Positions 36,970 through 45,534 of a stretch of 64,000 bases of DNA are shown piece by piece (positions within the stretch are counted from its first letter, which is position 1; each line of letters begins with the position of its first letter). This DNA is from Lachnospiraceae bacterium (lineage in GTDB: Bacteria > Bacillota > Clostridia > Lachnospirales > Lachnospiraceae): assembly GCA_017626325.1 (NCBI GenBank), contig JAGAIZ010000064.1, positions 951-64,950 of the forward strand, read 5' to 3'. The position numbers and the translations under genes were made by a program. The notes beneath the pieces were generated by a model. It was not told where the DNA came from. It ran no database searches and saw nothing but the letters and a program-made list of their open reading frames with translations.

Positions 36970-37511
36970 TTTTGATCCCACCTTTTTTGTAAATTTATGA
37001 TTCCCAGACGCAGCCGGGATTTGACGGTAGATAATTTTACATCGAGGATTTTTGCAATATCCGTATATTTTAACTCATGATAGTAGCGCAGAATGATTAC
37101 GTCTCTCTGTTCTTCCGGTATTTCTGCAAGCAGATCTGTAAGAAGCATATGATCTTCAATTTGCTTGTAAGCATTGTATTGGTTTATTGCAGCGTCTTTT
37201 TCCTGCGGAGAAATATCCCCGGTCAATTCTGTATGGGACAGAGATTCGGTCACTGTATTTTTTCGCAGATAATCCATACACAGATTTCTGGCAATGGTAA
37301 GCAGATATCCTTTCAGGTTTCGGCACTCGTAAGTGTCCACACAGCGGATGAAACGGCAGAAGGTTTCCTGTGTCAGATCATATGCGTCTGCGGTATCTTT
37401 TATCTGATACATACAGAAATGTAAAATTTCGTCATAGTATTTTTCTATTACATCCTGAAGCAGTTCCTTGTGACCATGCTGGATCTGTCGGATGATTTCT
37501 TTATCTTGCAA
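36966..37511 (-). CDS. ECF-type RNA polymerase sigma-70 family factor
   Basis: Region 2 (YDLTQETFCRFIR...) and region 4 (VIILRYYHELKYTDIAKILDVKLSTVKSRL). The start codon appears to be TTG. Confidence 0.85.
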   Translation of the reverse strand: MQDKEIIRQIQHGHKELLQDVIEKYYDEILHFCMYQIKDTADAYDLTQETFCRFIRCVDTYECRNLKGYLLTIARNLCMDYLRKNTVTESLSHTELTGDISPQEKDAAINQYNAYKQIEDHMLLTDLLAEIPEEQRDVIILRYYHELKYTDIAKILDVKLSTVKSRLRLGIINLQKRWDQK

Positions 37512-37624
37512 GACGGGAGTTTCCTTTCCGTGATATTGAGTACTCTATATAATATAACTGTTTTGGGATATAAAAAGTTTAAAGAAAATAAAAAATGCGA
37601 TTTTGCAACAGCCCCTTTTATTTG

Positions 37625-38390
37625 TACGCCTGGCGGCGCACGTTTCTTATGGGGCAGGTCCCGAATCCGCCCGGTAGTGGGAAGGATATAGTCGAAGGCA
37701 TGGATGCCCATCGCAAGGTGGAATCTGAAGGAAGCGGGATGTGGGGAACATACTAATCCACGGGCAAATCTCTGGTCTGACGAACAGAAATCACATAAGA
37801 GGTTATGCATGAGGGTAAGACTGCATAGCAAGCCGAAACCCGGTAACTACATGGAATCATGTATGATAGATGTGGCAGATGGACGGAGAGAAAGAGACAG
37901 TGCACAGCCAAAGCTCTTGGAAACGATACTGTATAGAGATAATCTTAACAGAGCGTATAAAAGAGTGAAAGCAAACAAGGGAGCTGCAGGTGTTGGTGGA
38001 ATGACCATAGAGGAAGCCTTGCCATACCTAAAGGAACATCAATGGGAGTTAATTAACCGCATACTTAGGGGGAAATATACTCCATCTCCGGTAAGGGTTG
38101 AGATTCCAAAACCAGACAATGGTGTGCGAAAGCTTGGCATACCAACAGTGATAGACCGCACAATCCAACAAGCAATAACACAACAATTAGTGTCAATCTA
38201 TGAACCATTGTTTGCGGAAAACAGTTATGGTTACCGCCCGAACAGAAGCGCAAAGGATGCAATCATAAAAGTTAAAGCGTATGGAGAACAGGGCTACACA
38301 CTTGCGGTGGTTCTTGATTTATCAAAGTGTTTTGATACTTTAAATCACGAGATTCTCATAAATCTGCTGAGACGGAATATAAAGGAATTC
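37625..38390 (+). mobile_element. Group II intron remnant (partial ribozyme 5' region plus truncated IEP)
   Basis: Only about 230 nt of structured-looking GC-rich sequence precede the RT ORF. That is too short for domains I-III. RT similarity ends near 38385, before RT5. The boundaries are approximate. Confidence 0.7.
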
Positions 38391-38480
38391 AACAAGGGCA
38401 ATCAGCGTTGCGGATATAGCTTATGGGTTTTATTACTAGCGACGAATTACGGACGGCTGCGCGCCATTTTGAAAGTGTGA
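37851..38480 (+). pseudogene. Group II intron reverse transcriptase/maturase, 3'-truncated
   Basis: LLETILYRDNLNRAYKRVKANKGAAGVGGMT, KLGIPTVIDRTIQQA, SYGYRPNRSAKDA and VLDLSKCFDTLNHE correspond to RT0-RT4. There is no YADD, X/maturase or En domain. The last 30 or so codons are unrelated sequence. Confidence 0.75.
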
Positions 38481-38564
38481 TATAATTTTTTGAAAAAGCT
38501 CCGATTTGATTTAGTATTCGCTGCTGAAACCGTAGTATATAGGTGAAGCCGGAAAGGGGGCGGT

Positions 38565-39128
38565 ATGATGATAGAAGATGATAAAATCATTGCGCTGTTT
38601 TTTGAGCGCTCAGAGCAGGGCATACGGGAGCTGGATATGAAATACGGAAAAGTCTGCCGCAAGATATCGAACAATATCCTGAATAACAGGCAGGACGCGG
38701 AGGAATGTGTCAACGACGCTTATTTAGGCGCATGGAACGCAATCCCCCCGACGCGCCCCAACCCACTGCTGACTTATCTCTGTAAAATCGTTCGGAACCT
38801 TTCATTGAAGGTATACTACAGAAAAGAAGCAGCAAAACGAAACAGCGCCTACACGATTGCTATGGAGGAAATCGAAGCCTGCATAGCAGACCCGAACACA
38901 GTGGAGACAGAGATTGAAGCCAGAGAATTAGCCCGTATTATTGAGAGCTTCTTAGATACGCTGTCTCAAAAGGAACGAGTTATCTTCATGCTCCGCTATG
39001 CGTATATGGATAACTATGCAGACATAGCGGAGCGCGTGGGAATATCTGAAAAAAATGTATCTGTCCGTCTGACGCTTATTCGGCAGAAGCTGAAACACTA
39101 CTTAATCGAAAGAGAGGTATTCGTATGA
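38565..39128 (+). CDS. ECF-type RNA polymerase sigma-70 family factor
   Basis: Region 2 (DAEECVNDAYLGAWNAI) and region 4 (VIFMLRYAYMDNYADIAERVGISEKNVSVRL). RBS AAGGGGG lies upstream. Confidence 0.85.
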   Translation: MMIEDDKIIALFFERSEQGIRELDMKYGKVCRKISNNILNNRQDAEECVNDAYLGAWNAIPPTRPNPLLTYLCKIVRNLSLKVYYRKEAAKRNSAYTIAMEEIEACIADPNTVETEIEARELARIIESFLDTLSQKERVIFMLRYAYMDNYADIAERVGISEKNVSVRLTLIRQKLKHYLIEREVFV

Positions 39129-40006
39129 ACTCAAAGAAATTTTCCGAAGCCATGAGTGAAGTTGATGACAAATACTATGAAGAAGCTGTCAATTATAAAA
39201 AGGGAGCAAAGAAGTCTGTTTGGGCTAAGTGGGGCACTCTCGCCGCGTGCTTATGTCTGGCATTAGGGGCGGCCTTTACAGCACCGGAATTCGTGCAGCT
39301 TTCTGATGTTGGAACGCAGCAGCCCCAACCCGGCAGCCCTATTGATTCTCCTGCACAGCCTCAACCCAGCAGCCCTATTGATTCTCCTGCACAGCCTCAG
39401 CCCAACAACCCCATTATTTCTCCTGCACAGGACGAAGCCAATAAGCATAAAGCGCAAGATATTGTTATTGATGAAACCATGACATGGGAGGAAGCGCAGC
39501 ACTCCGAACCTTTCGGCGGCTATCTGCTTTCCGAAGCGCCTGCCGGCTTTACTGCCGAAACAATTCAGCGTTATCAGGATGAAAACACAAATTATCTGTA
39601 TGGGCTTTGGACGAAAGGGGAAGGTTCTTTTGATGAGATAAGCTGGCGTGTTTCTTTCTATGACGAAACTATGGAGAACAGAGTAACATCGGTTGATGAT
39701 ATTCAGAACTATGATTTAAGCCTTTATCCGTTCCCGCTTGCCGATTCCGTACCGGAAGAATTGTTTGAAATTGTAGACCACCCTATTTTCAATATGGATG
39801 AGCTGACATTGGAAGCGGTCAACCGCAGAGCTTATTCTACCAACGAGAGCAATGATACAAGTGAAATCCGAATGTCTTTCGGCGTCCGCTATGGAGATAT
39901 TGTTGTAGAAGTAACGACTAAGGGCGTCTCACCGGAATGGGTTTACGACCAGCTTGTCAATATCTATCAGTATAAGAGCTGTATCAATTTCAGAAGCGGC
40001 GAATGA
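39125..40006 (+). CDS. Putative membrane-anchored anti-sigma factor with a Pro-rich repeat linker
   Basis: An ATGA overlap joins it to the sigma gene stop. The N-terminus MNSKKFSEAMSEVDDKYYEEA is followed by a single transmembrane helix (WGTLAACLCLALGAAF), three 12-aa QPQPxSPIDSPA repeats and an extracytoplasmic domain. Confidence 0.5.
   Translation: MNSKKFSEAMSEVDDKYYEEAVNYKKGAKKSVWAKWGTLAACLCLALGAAFTAPEFVQLSDVGTQQPQPGSPIDSPAQPQPSSPIDSPAQPQPNNPIISPAQDEANKHKAQDIVIDETMTWEEAQHSEPFGGYLLSEAPAGFTAETIQRYQDENTNYLYGLWTKGEGSFDEISWRVSFYDETMENRVTSVDDIQNYDLSLYPFPLADSVPEELFEIVDHPIFNMDELTLEAVNRRAYSTNESNDTSEIRMSFGVRYGDIVVEVTTKGVSPEWVYDQLVNIYQYKSCINFRSGE
39320..39427 (+). repeat. In-frame 36-bp tandem repeat, three units
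   Basis: The units at 39320-39355, 39356-39391 and 39392-39427 encode QPQPGSPIDSPA, QPQPSSPIDSPA and QPQPNNPIISPA. Units 1 and 2 are nearly identical at the DNA level. Confidence 0.9.
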
Positions 40007-40141
40007 GCAAAATTTGTTGCGTAAAAATCCGGCGATATCGCTAAAAATCAAGGTAAAAAATCATGAATTTAGTTGGTATTCACGGCGTTTCCCAGATGAT
40101 ATACTAAAACGGAATAAAATTGCTCAGGAATGGAGATTAGT

Positions 40142-41932
40142 ATGGAACGCAGCGGGAAAGACGGAGCCGTTCGGGAAGCAAAGCAGGAGAGATCCCATAA
40201 CTGTAAGATACTTTTGTTGGCAGCCGCGGTAATCATCTTGTGCGGGGCGGCAGTACTCTGGATGTCCGTGAGGAGAGAGAGACGTAAGGAATATGAAGAA
40301 ACGTTGATTGTAGACGTGTTTGATTCTCTGGCTAATTATCAGGGTATGCAGTCCGGATGGTTTGCGAAAATCGTAAAGGACAAATTTAACATGGAGCTGA
40401 ATATCATTGCGCCCAACGTGGCGGGCGGCGGCGATACGCTCTATCAGACCAGGGCGGCGGCAGGCAATCTGGGTGATCTGTTGATCTGCGACGGCAGCAA
40501 CAATAATCTGCAGGATCTGGTGACGGCGGGTCTGGTAATGGATATGAGCGAATACCTGGAGGGCAGGGATATCATGCAGTATGAGGCGGCTCTGCGGAAT
40601 CTGAACGACCCGGTGTCGGAGACGGCTATTTATGCGGTACCTTCGGAGATATCCGTACATAGCTGCCAGCAGCCCAGTGAAAATACGGAGCTGACTTTCG
40701 GACCGTATCTGCGTTACGATTTGTATACGGCAATCGGCTCTCCAAAGATGGAAACGCTGGAAGATCTGCTTCCGGTCCTGAAAGAGATGCAGGAGACGTA
40801 CCCAATCAGCGAATCCGGCAATAAGACATACGGTTTCAGCCTGTTTCGGGATTGGGACGGCAATATGATGAGCGCTGCCAAGCAGCCGGCGTGCTTCTAT
40901 GGATATGAGGAATACGGATTCGTGCTCTATAAGGTGGATGGTTCCGCTTATGAGGATATTCTGGCGGAGGATTCTATCTATCAGAGGATTCTGAAATTTT
41001 ATTTCGATGCGAATCAGATGGGGCTGATAGACCCGGATTCCATGAACCAGAAGTATATGGATGTGTACGATAAATGCGCTCAGGGCGACGTGCTTTTCTC
41101 CCATTGGCCGTGGCTTGGCAAATCCGCTTACAATACGGTAGAGCGGCGTATGGCGGGCAAGGGTTTTATGCTGGTGCCGATTGACGATATGCAGATTCTT
41201 TCCAACGGCTGCCGGCCGTTTGGCAATACCAACACCATTATCGCCATCGGCTCTAATGCGAAGGACCCGGAGCGGCTTGCGGATTTCATCGACTGGCTCT
41301 ATTCTCCTGAGGGAATATATGCCAACGGGGCACAGGCGGTGACAGGCACGGCGGGGCCGGAAGGGCTGACCTGGGAAATGACAGACAACGGGCCTGCGCT
41401 GACGGATTTCGGTATCCGCGCGCTGGCGGGAGAAAATGTGCAGGTACCGGAAGCGTGGGGCGGCGGCACGTGGGCCTCCGGCTGCTCCTGCCTGAATTTC
41501 AACGGAGTTGCGCTGATTGACGAATCGCCGGAGGGATATCCCTATTATTACACGCTGTGGGATACCTATCAGGCGCTGGAGAATACGGCGCTGGAAGAAG
41601 CATGGAGAAGGGATATGCAGGCGGACACGTCTTTGGATTATCTGATGGAACATGACCAGTACTTAGTCTGTCCGGGCATCACTTATCAGGCGCCTGCGGA
41701 AAGTTCGGAGATAGCGACGCTGCGCAGCCAGTGCAGCAGTGTGATTGTGGAAGGTTCCTGGAATATGATTTTTGCGGAGGATGAGGAAGCCTTCTATGAT
41801 CTGCAGAAGAAGATGAAGCTGGCGGCATACAGCCTGGGTTATGATCAGGTTCTGGCGCAGGATATGCAAAATGTGCAAATACAGACGCAGCTTCGCCAGG
41901 AGGCCATAGCGGCGGAGCAGGCGGCAGAGTAG
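40142..41932 (+). CDS. Large extracellular solute-binding protein (family 1, LplA-like), transmembrane-anchored with no lipobox
   Basis: A charged N-terminus and one helix (ILLLAAAVIILCGAAVLWMSV) precede an SBP-like domain of about 540 aa. GGAG lies 7 nt before the ATG at 40142. No permease genes are adjacent. Confidence 0.75.
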   Translation: MERSGKDGAVREAKQERSHNCKILLLAAAVIILCGAAVLWMSVRRERRKEYEETLIVDVFDSLANYQGMQSGWFAKIVKDKFNMELNIIAPNVAGGGDTLYQTRAAAGNLGDLLICDGSNNNLQDLVTAGLVMDMSEYLEGRDIMQYEAALRNLNDPVSETAIYAVPSEISVHSCQQPSENTELTFGPYLRYDLYTAIGSPKMETLEDLLPVLKEMQETYPISESGNKTYGFSLFRDWDGNMMSAAKQPACFYGYEEYGFVLYKVDGSAYEDILAEDSIYQRILKFYFDANQMGLIDPDSMNQKYMDVYDKCAQGDVLFSHWPWLGKSAYNTVERRMAGKGFMLVPIDDMQILSNGCRPFGNTNTIIAIGSNAKDPERLADFIDWLYSPEGIYANGAQAVTGTAGPEGLTWEMTDNGPALTDFGIRALAGENVQVPEAWGGGTWASGCSCLNFNGVALIDESPEGYPYYYTLWDTYQALENTALEEAWRRDMQADTSLDYLMEHDQYLVCPGITYQAPAESSEIATLRSQCSSVIVEGSWNMIFAEDEEAFYDLQKKMKLAAYSLGYDQVLAQDMQNVQIQTQLRQEAIAAEQAAE

Positions 41933-41963
41933 CTAAAAAGATAAAACAGCGGAGGGCGACAAA

Positions 41964-43979
41964 ATGATTGAGAGCAGTAAGGTAAAGAAAATTCTATACG
42001 GCGGGGATTACAACCCGGAACAATGGCCGGAGGAAACATGGGAAGAGGATATGCGGCTTCTGAAGCTTGCCCATATCGACGTGGTGACATTAAATGTGTT
42101 CAGTTGGGCGATGCTGCAGCCGGACGAGGAAACCTATGATTTCAGCAAGCTGGACAAAATCATGGAGTTAGTGACAAAGCACGGCATGAAGATCTGTCTT
42201 GCCACATCCACCGGGGCGCATCCGGCGTGGATGGCGAGGAAACATCCTGATATCCTGCGCACGGAGTTTAACGGCATGAAACGGAAATTCGGCAGCCGTC
42301 ATAATTCCTGCCCCAACAGTCCCACCTATCATAAATACGCGAGGGCGCTGGCGCAGAAGCTGGCGGAGCGGTATAAGAACTACGATAATATCGTGGCCTG
42401 GCATATTTCCAATGAGTTTGGCGGGGAATGCTATTGTGAGAACTGTGAGAAAGCATTCCGCAAGTGGCTGCAGAACAAATACCAGACCATTGAGGCAGTT
42501 AATCAGGCGTGGGATACGGCTTTCTGGGGGCATACGTTCTATGATTTTGAGGATATCGTAGCGCCCAATCTGCTTTCGGAGCACTTCGCAAGCAACAGGA
42601 CGACTTTTCAGGGAATCTCGTTGGATTACAAACGGTTTAACTCGGAAAGCATCTTAAACTGCTACAGGATAGAGTACGATGCGGTACACGCGGTTACGCC
42701 GGATATTCCGATTACCACGAATCTGATGGGAACCTATCAGCCGCTGGATTATCAGATGTGGGCGAAATATATGGATTTTATTTCCTGGGATAATTATCCT
42801 TCCAATGAAGCGCCCTATGAGGAGACGGCGATGCGCCATGACCTGATGCGCGGTATCAAGCAGGGCAAACCTTTCGCCTTGATGGAGCAGACGCCCAGCG
42901 TTACCAACTGGCTGCCTTACAATTCGCTGAAGCGTCCCGGCGTGATGCGGCTGTGGAGTTATCAGGCAGTAGCCCACGGCGCGGATACGGTAATGTTTTT
43001 CCAGATGAAAAGAAGCATCGGCGCCTGCGAGAAATATCATGGCGCGGTGATAGACCATGCGGGGCATGAGAATACGAGAGTGTTCAGAGAGGTTGCGGCG
43101 CTGGGGGCGGAGCTTGAGCGGATCGGAGCCAGGACTCTGGGCGCGAGGACGAAGGCGCAGGCGGCAATTGTGTTCGACTGGGATAACTGGTGGGCGACGG
43201 ATTATTCTGCAGGCCCCAGTGTGAATCTGCATTATTGTGATGAGATCATAAATTATTATAAGGCATTGAACGACCAGAACATTTCCGTGGATATGATTGG
43301 CGTGGAGGATGATCTGTCGGGTTATCAGCTCGTGATCGCGCCGATACTGTATATGGTGAAGCCGGAGTATGATGAGAAGCTGCGTGCCTTCGTGCAGGCG
43401 GGCGGTACTTTCGTGACGACCTTTTTCAGCGGCTATGTGGATGAACACGACTTAGTTACCGTGGGCGGTTACCCGGGTAAGCTCAGGGACATTCTGGGTA
43501 TCTGGGTGGAGGAAGAAGACGCTCTGCCTGATGAAACCAGGAACAGCTTCACCTATGAGGGAACTGTCTATCCGGCGGTTATGATCTGCGATTTGCTGCA
43601 CACGGAAGGCGCTAGGGCGCTTTGCGCATATGAGAAGGATTTTTACGCGGGTATGCCTGCGCTGACTTGCAACGATTTCGGAGAAGGAAAGGCGTATTAT
43701 GTAGCGACCCGTTCCAATGAGCAGTTCTACCGTGATTTCACGAGGAAGCTGTGCAGGGAGGCGGGCATTGCGCCTGTGCTTGATACACCGGAGAAGGTGG
43801 AAGCGACGAAGCGTGTGAACGACAACGGCAGTTTCCTTTTCCTGCTGAATCATGACGATAAGGAGCAGGAGGTAGCCTTGCCGGAGGGAGGCGTGGATAT
43901 TCTGACAGATGTGTCATATGAGGCCGGCGGCAAATTGAAGCTGGCGGGGAAGGGCGTTGCGATTATTCAGTTGGATTAA
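41964..43979 (+). CDS. Glycoside hydrolase family 42 beta-galactosidase
   Basis: The GH42 N-terminus has YGGDYNPEQWPEE. WHISNEFGGE is the acid/base region and ALMEQTPS is the nucleophile Glu region. A Cys cluster CYCENC is present. No signal peptide. Confidence 0.92.
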   Translation: MIESSKVKKILYGGDYNPEQWPEETWEEDMRLLKLAHIDVVTLNVFSWAMLQPDEETYDFSKLDKIMELVTKHGMKICLATSTGAHPAWMARKHPDILRTEFNGMKRKFGSRHNSCPNSPTYHKYARALAQKLAERYKNYDNIVAWHISNEFGGECYCENCEKAFRKWLQNKYQTIEAVNQAWDTAFWGHTFYDFEDIVAPNLLSEHFASNRTTFQGISLDYKRFNSESILNCYRIEYDAVHAVTPDIPITTNLMGTYQPLDYQMWAKYMDFISWDNYPSNEAPYEETAMRHDLMRGIKQGKPFALMEQTPSVTNWLPYNSLKRPGVMRLWSYQAVAHGADTVMFFQMKRSIGACEKYHGAVIDHAGHENTRVFREVAALGAELERIGARTLGARTKAQAAIVFDWDNWWATDYSAGPSVNLHYCDEIINYYKALNDQNISVDMIGVEDDLSGYQLVIAPILYMVKPEYDEKLRAFVQAGGTFVTTFFSGYVDEHDLVTVGGYPGKLRDILGIWVEEEDALPDETRNSFTYEGTVYPAVMICDLLHTEGARALCAYEKDFYAGMPALTCNDFGEGKAYYVATRSNEQFYRDFTRKLCREAGIAPVLDTPEKVEATKRVNDNGSFLFLLNHDDKEQEVALPEGGVDILTDVSYEAGGKLKLAGKGVAIIQLD

Positions 43980-44032
43980 GCCGGATATCATTGCAGAATA
44001 TTTCCATATTTCACAGAAAGGACAACGCTTTC

Positions 44033-45517
44033 ATGACAGCAGAGGAGAGGAAACAATATTTAGCACAGATACAGAAGATAATCGATCAGGGGCCTTACCA
44101 TGACACGTGGAGTTCTCTGACGGATTTTGCGATGCCGGAGTGGTTTACGAAAGCGAAGTTCGGTATTTTCATTCACTGGGGGCTTTACAGTGTTCCGGCT
44201 TACAGGAATGAGTGGTATTCGCGGAATATGTATATACAGGGTACGCCGGAATACGAGCATCACATCAGGACTTATGGGGCGCATAAGGATTTCGGCTACA
44301 AGGATTTTATCCCGATGTTTACGGCAGAGAAGTTCGATCCGGATTACTGGGCGGAGACGTTTAGCCAGGCCGGAGCCAGATATGTGGTTCCGGTGGCGGA
44401 ACACCACGACGGCTTCCAGATGTATCGGAGCGATTTATCGATTTATAACGCGGCAAGGATGGGGCCTAAGAGAGATATTCTGGGCGAGCTTAAGAGGGCT
44501 GTAGAGAAAAGGGATATGAAGTTTGGCGCCTCCACCCACCGGGCGGAGCATCACTGGTTTATGGGAAACGGGAAGGATTTCGACAGCGATATCAAGGAAC
44601 CTCTGCATTGCGGCGATTTCTACTGGCCTTCGGAGAGGCAGCAGCCGGATCAGCAGGATTTGTTCGCCAAACCATATCCTGACGCAGAGTTTCTGGAAGA
44701 TTGGCTGTGCCGTACCTGTGAGATTATCGACCGTTATCAGCCCGGATTATTGTACTTCGATTGGTGGATACAGCACGAGGCTTACAAGCCTTATCTGCGT
44801 AAGATTGCGGCGTACTACTATAACCGCGGCCTGGAGGGCGGCTATCCGGCGGCCATTTGTTATAAGCATGACGCCATGGCGTTTGGCAGCGGTATTGTGG
44901 ACGTGGAGAGGGGGAAGTTTGCGCAGGCGCAGCCTTATCACTGGCAGACAGACACGGCTATTGCCCGCAATTCCTGGTGTTATACTACTTCTCTTGCGTA
45001 CAAGAGCGCCAATGAGATTATCTGTTATCTGGCGGATGTAGTCAGCAAGAACGGCAATCTCCTGCTCAACGTGGGACCGAAAGCGGACGGCAGCTTTGCG
45101 GAAGAAGATGTCGGTATCCTGCAAGAGCTTGGCAGATGGCTTGCGGTCAACGGTGAAGCGGTCTATGAGACGAAGCCCTGGCGTTGTGCTGGGGAAGGAC
45201 CGACTAAGGAGACAGAAGGACAATTTTCGGACAGCGAGGCGACAGTATACACCAGCGAAGATTTCCGGTTTACGGCGGGGCATGGCTGTATCTATGCGGT
45301 CTGTCTGCATTATCCGGAGAATGGACGCATCACGATTCGTTCCCTTTCCAGGACGAAGGATGCCAATAAGCCGGACTTCCATGGTATTATTAAGAATGTA
45401 GAGCTTCTTGGTTTTGCGGAGAGACCGGAGTACCATATGGATGAAGAAGGGCTGCATATTACCACCTGCGCGGTGCGGAGCGAACGTCCGGTGGTGGTTA
45501 AGGTGAGCGTAGAGTGA
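44033..45517 (+). CDS. Glycoside hydrolase family 29 alpha-L-fucosidase
   Basis: WFTKAKFGIFIHWGLYSVPAY and RYVVPVAEHHDGFQMY are typical GH29 segments. The ATG at 44033 with AGAAAGGA upstream is preferred over the TTG at 43991. No signal peptide. Confidence 0.9.
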   Translation: MTAEERKQYLAQIQKIIDQGPYHDTWSSLTDFAMPEWFTKAKFGIFIHWGLYSVPAYRNEWYSRNMYIQGTPEYEHHIRTYGAHKDFGYKDFIPMFTAEKFDPDYWAETFSQAGARYVVPVAEHHDGFQMYRSDLSIYNAARMGPKRDILGELKRAVEKRDMKFGASTHRAEHHWFMGNGKDFDSDIKEPLHCGDFYWPSERQQPDQQDLFAKPYPDAEFLEDWLCRTCEIIDRYQPGLLYFDWWIQHEAYKPYLRKIAAYYYNRGLEGGYPAAICYKHDAMAFGSGIVDVERGKFAQAQPYHWQTDTAIARNSWCYTTSLAYKSANEIICYLADVVSKNGNLLLNVGPKADGSFAEEDVGILQELGRWLAVNGEAVYETKPWRCAGEGPTKETEGQFSDSEATVYTSEDFRFTAGHGCIYAVCLHYPENGRITIRSLSRTKDANKPDFHGIIKNVELLGFAERPEYHMDEEGLHITTCAVRSERPVVVKVSVE

Positions 45518-45534
45518 CGGCGGAGACGCAGGAA

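Noticed and set aside
37704-37850. Upstream extension of the RT ORF (start at 37704), plus the small ORFs 37448-37831 (minus) and 37470-37691 (plus)
   Set aside because: These frames lie in intron ribozyme-like or non-coding sequence. RT similarity begins only after the ATG at 37851.
39320-39427. Tandem repeat considered as a possible CRISPR-like or minisatellite element
   Set aside because: The units are contiguous with no spacers, in frame, and encode a Pro-rich linker inside a CDS. This is a coding tandem repeat, not a CRISPR array. No CRISPR array was seen anywhere in the window.
32070-40130. Search for an att-type direct repeat of the tRNA-Leu 3' end and for an integrase
   Set aside because: I found neither by eye. 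The island hypothesis therefore rests only on composition and content. A computational repeat search is still required.
40124-41653. 509-aa ORF on the minus strand
   Set aside because: It is entirely antisense to the well-supported SBP gene. The product is rich in Arg, His, Pro, Gln and Ile, the usual mirror-frame artefact of a GC-rich coding region. There is no RBS or recognisable domain.
42654-45457. Several ORFs of 130-260 aa on the minus strand or in alternative plus frames inside the GH42 and GH29 genes
   Set aside because: All are nested within strongly supported glycosidase genes. They have Arg/Pro/His-rich composition and no start context.
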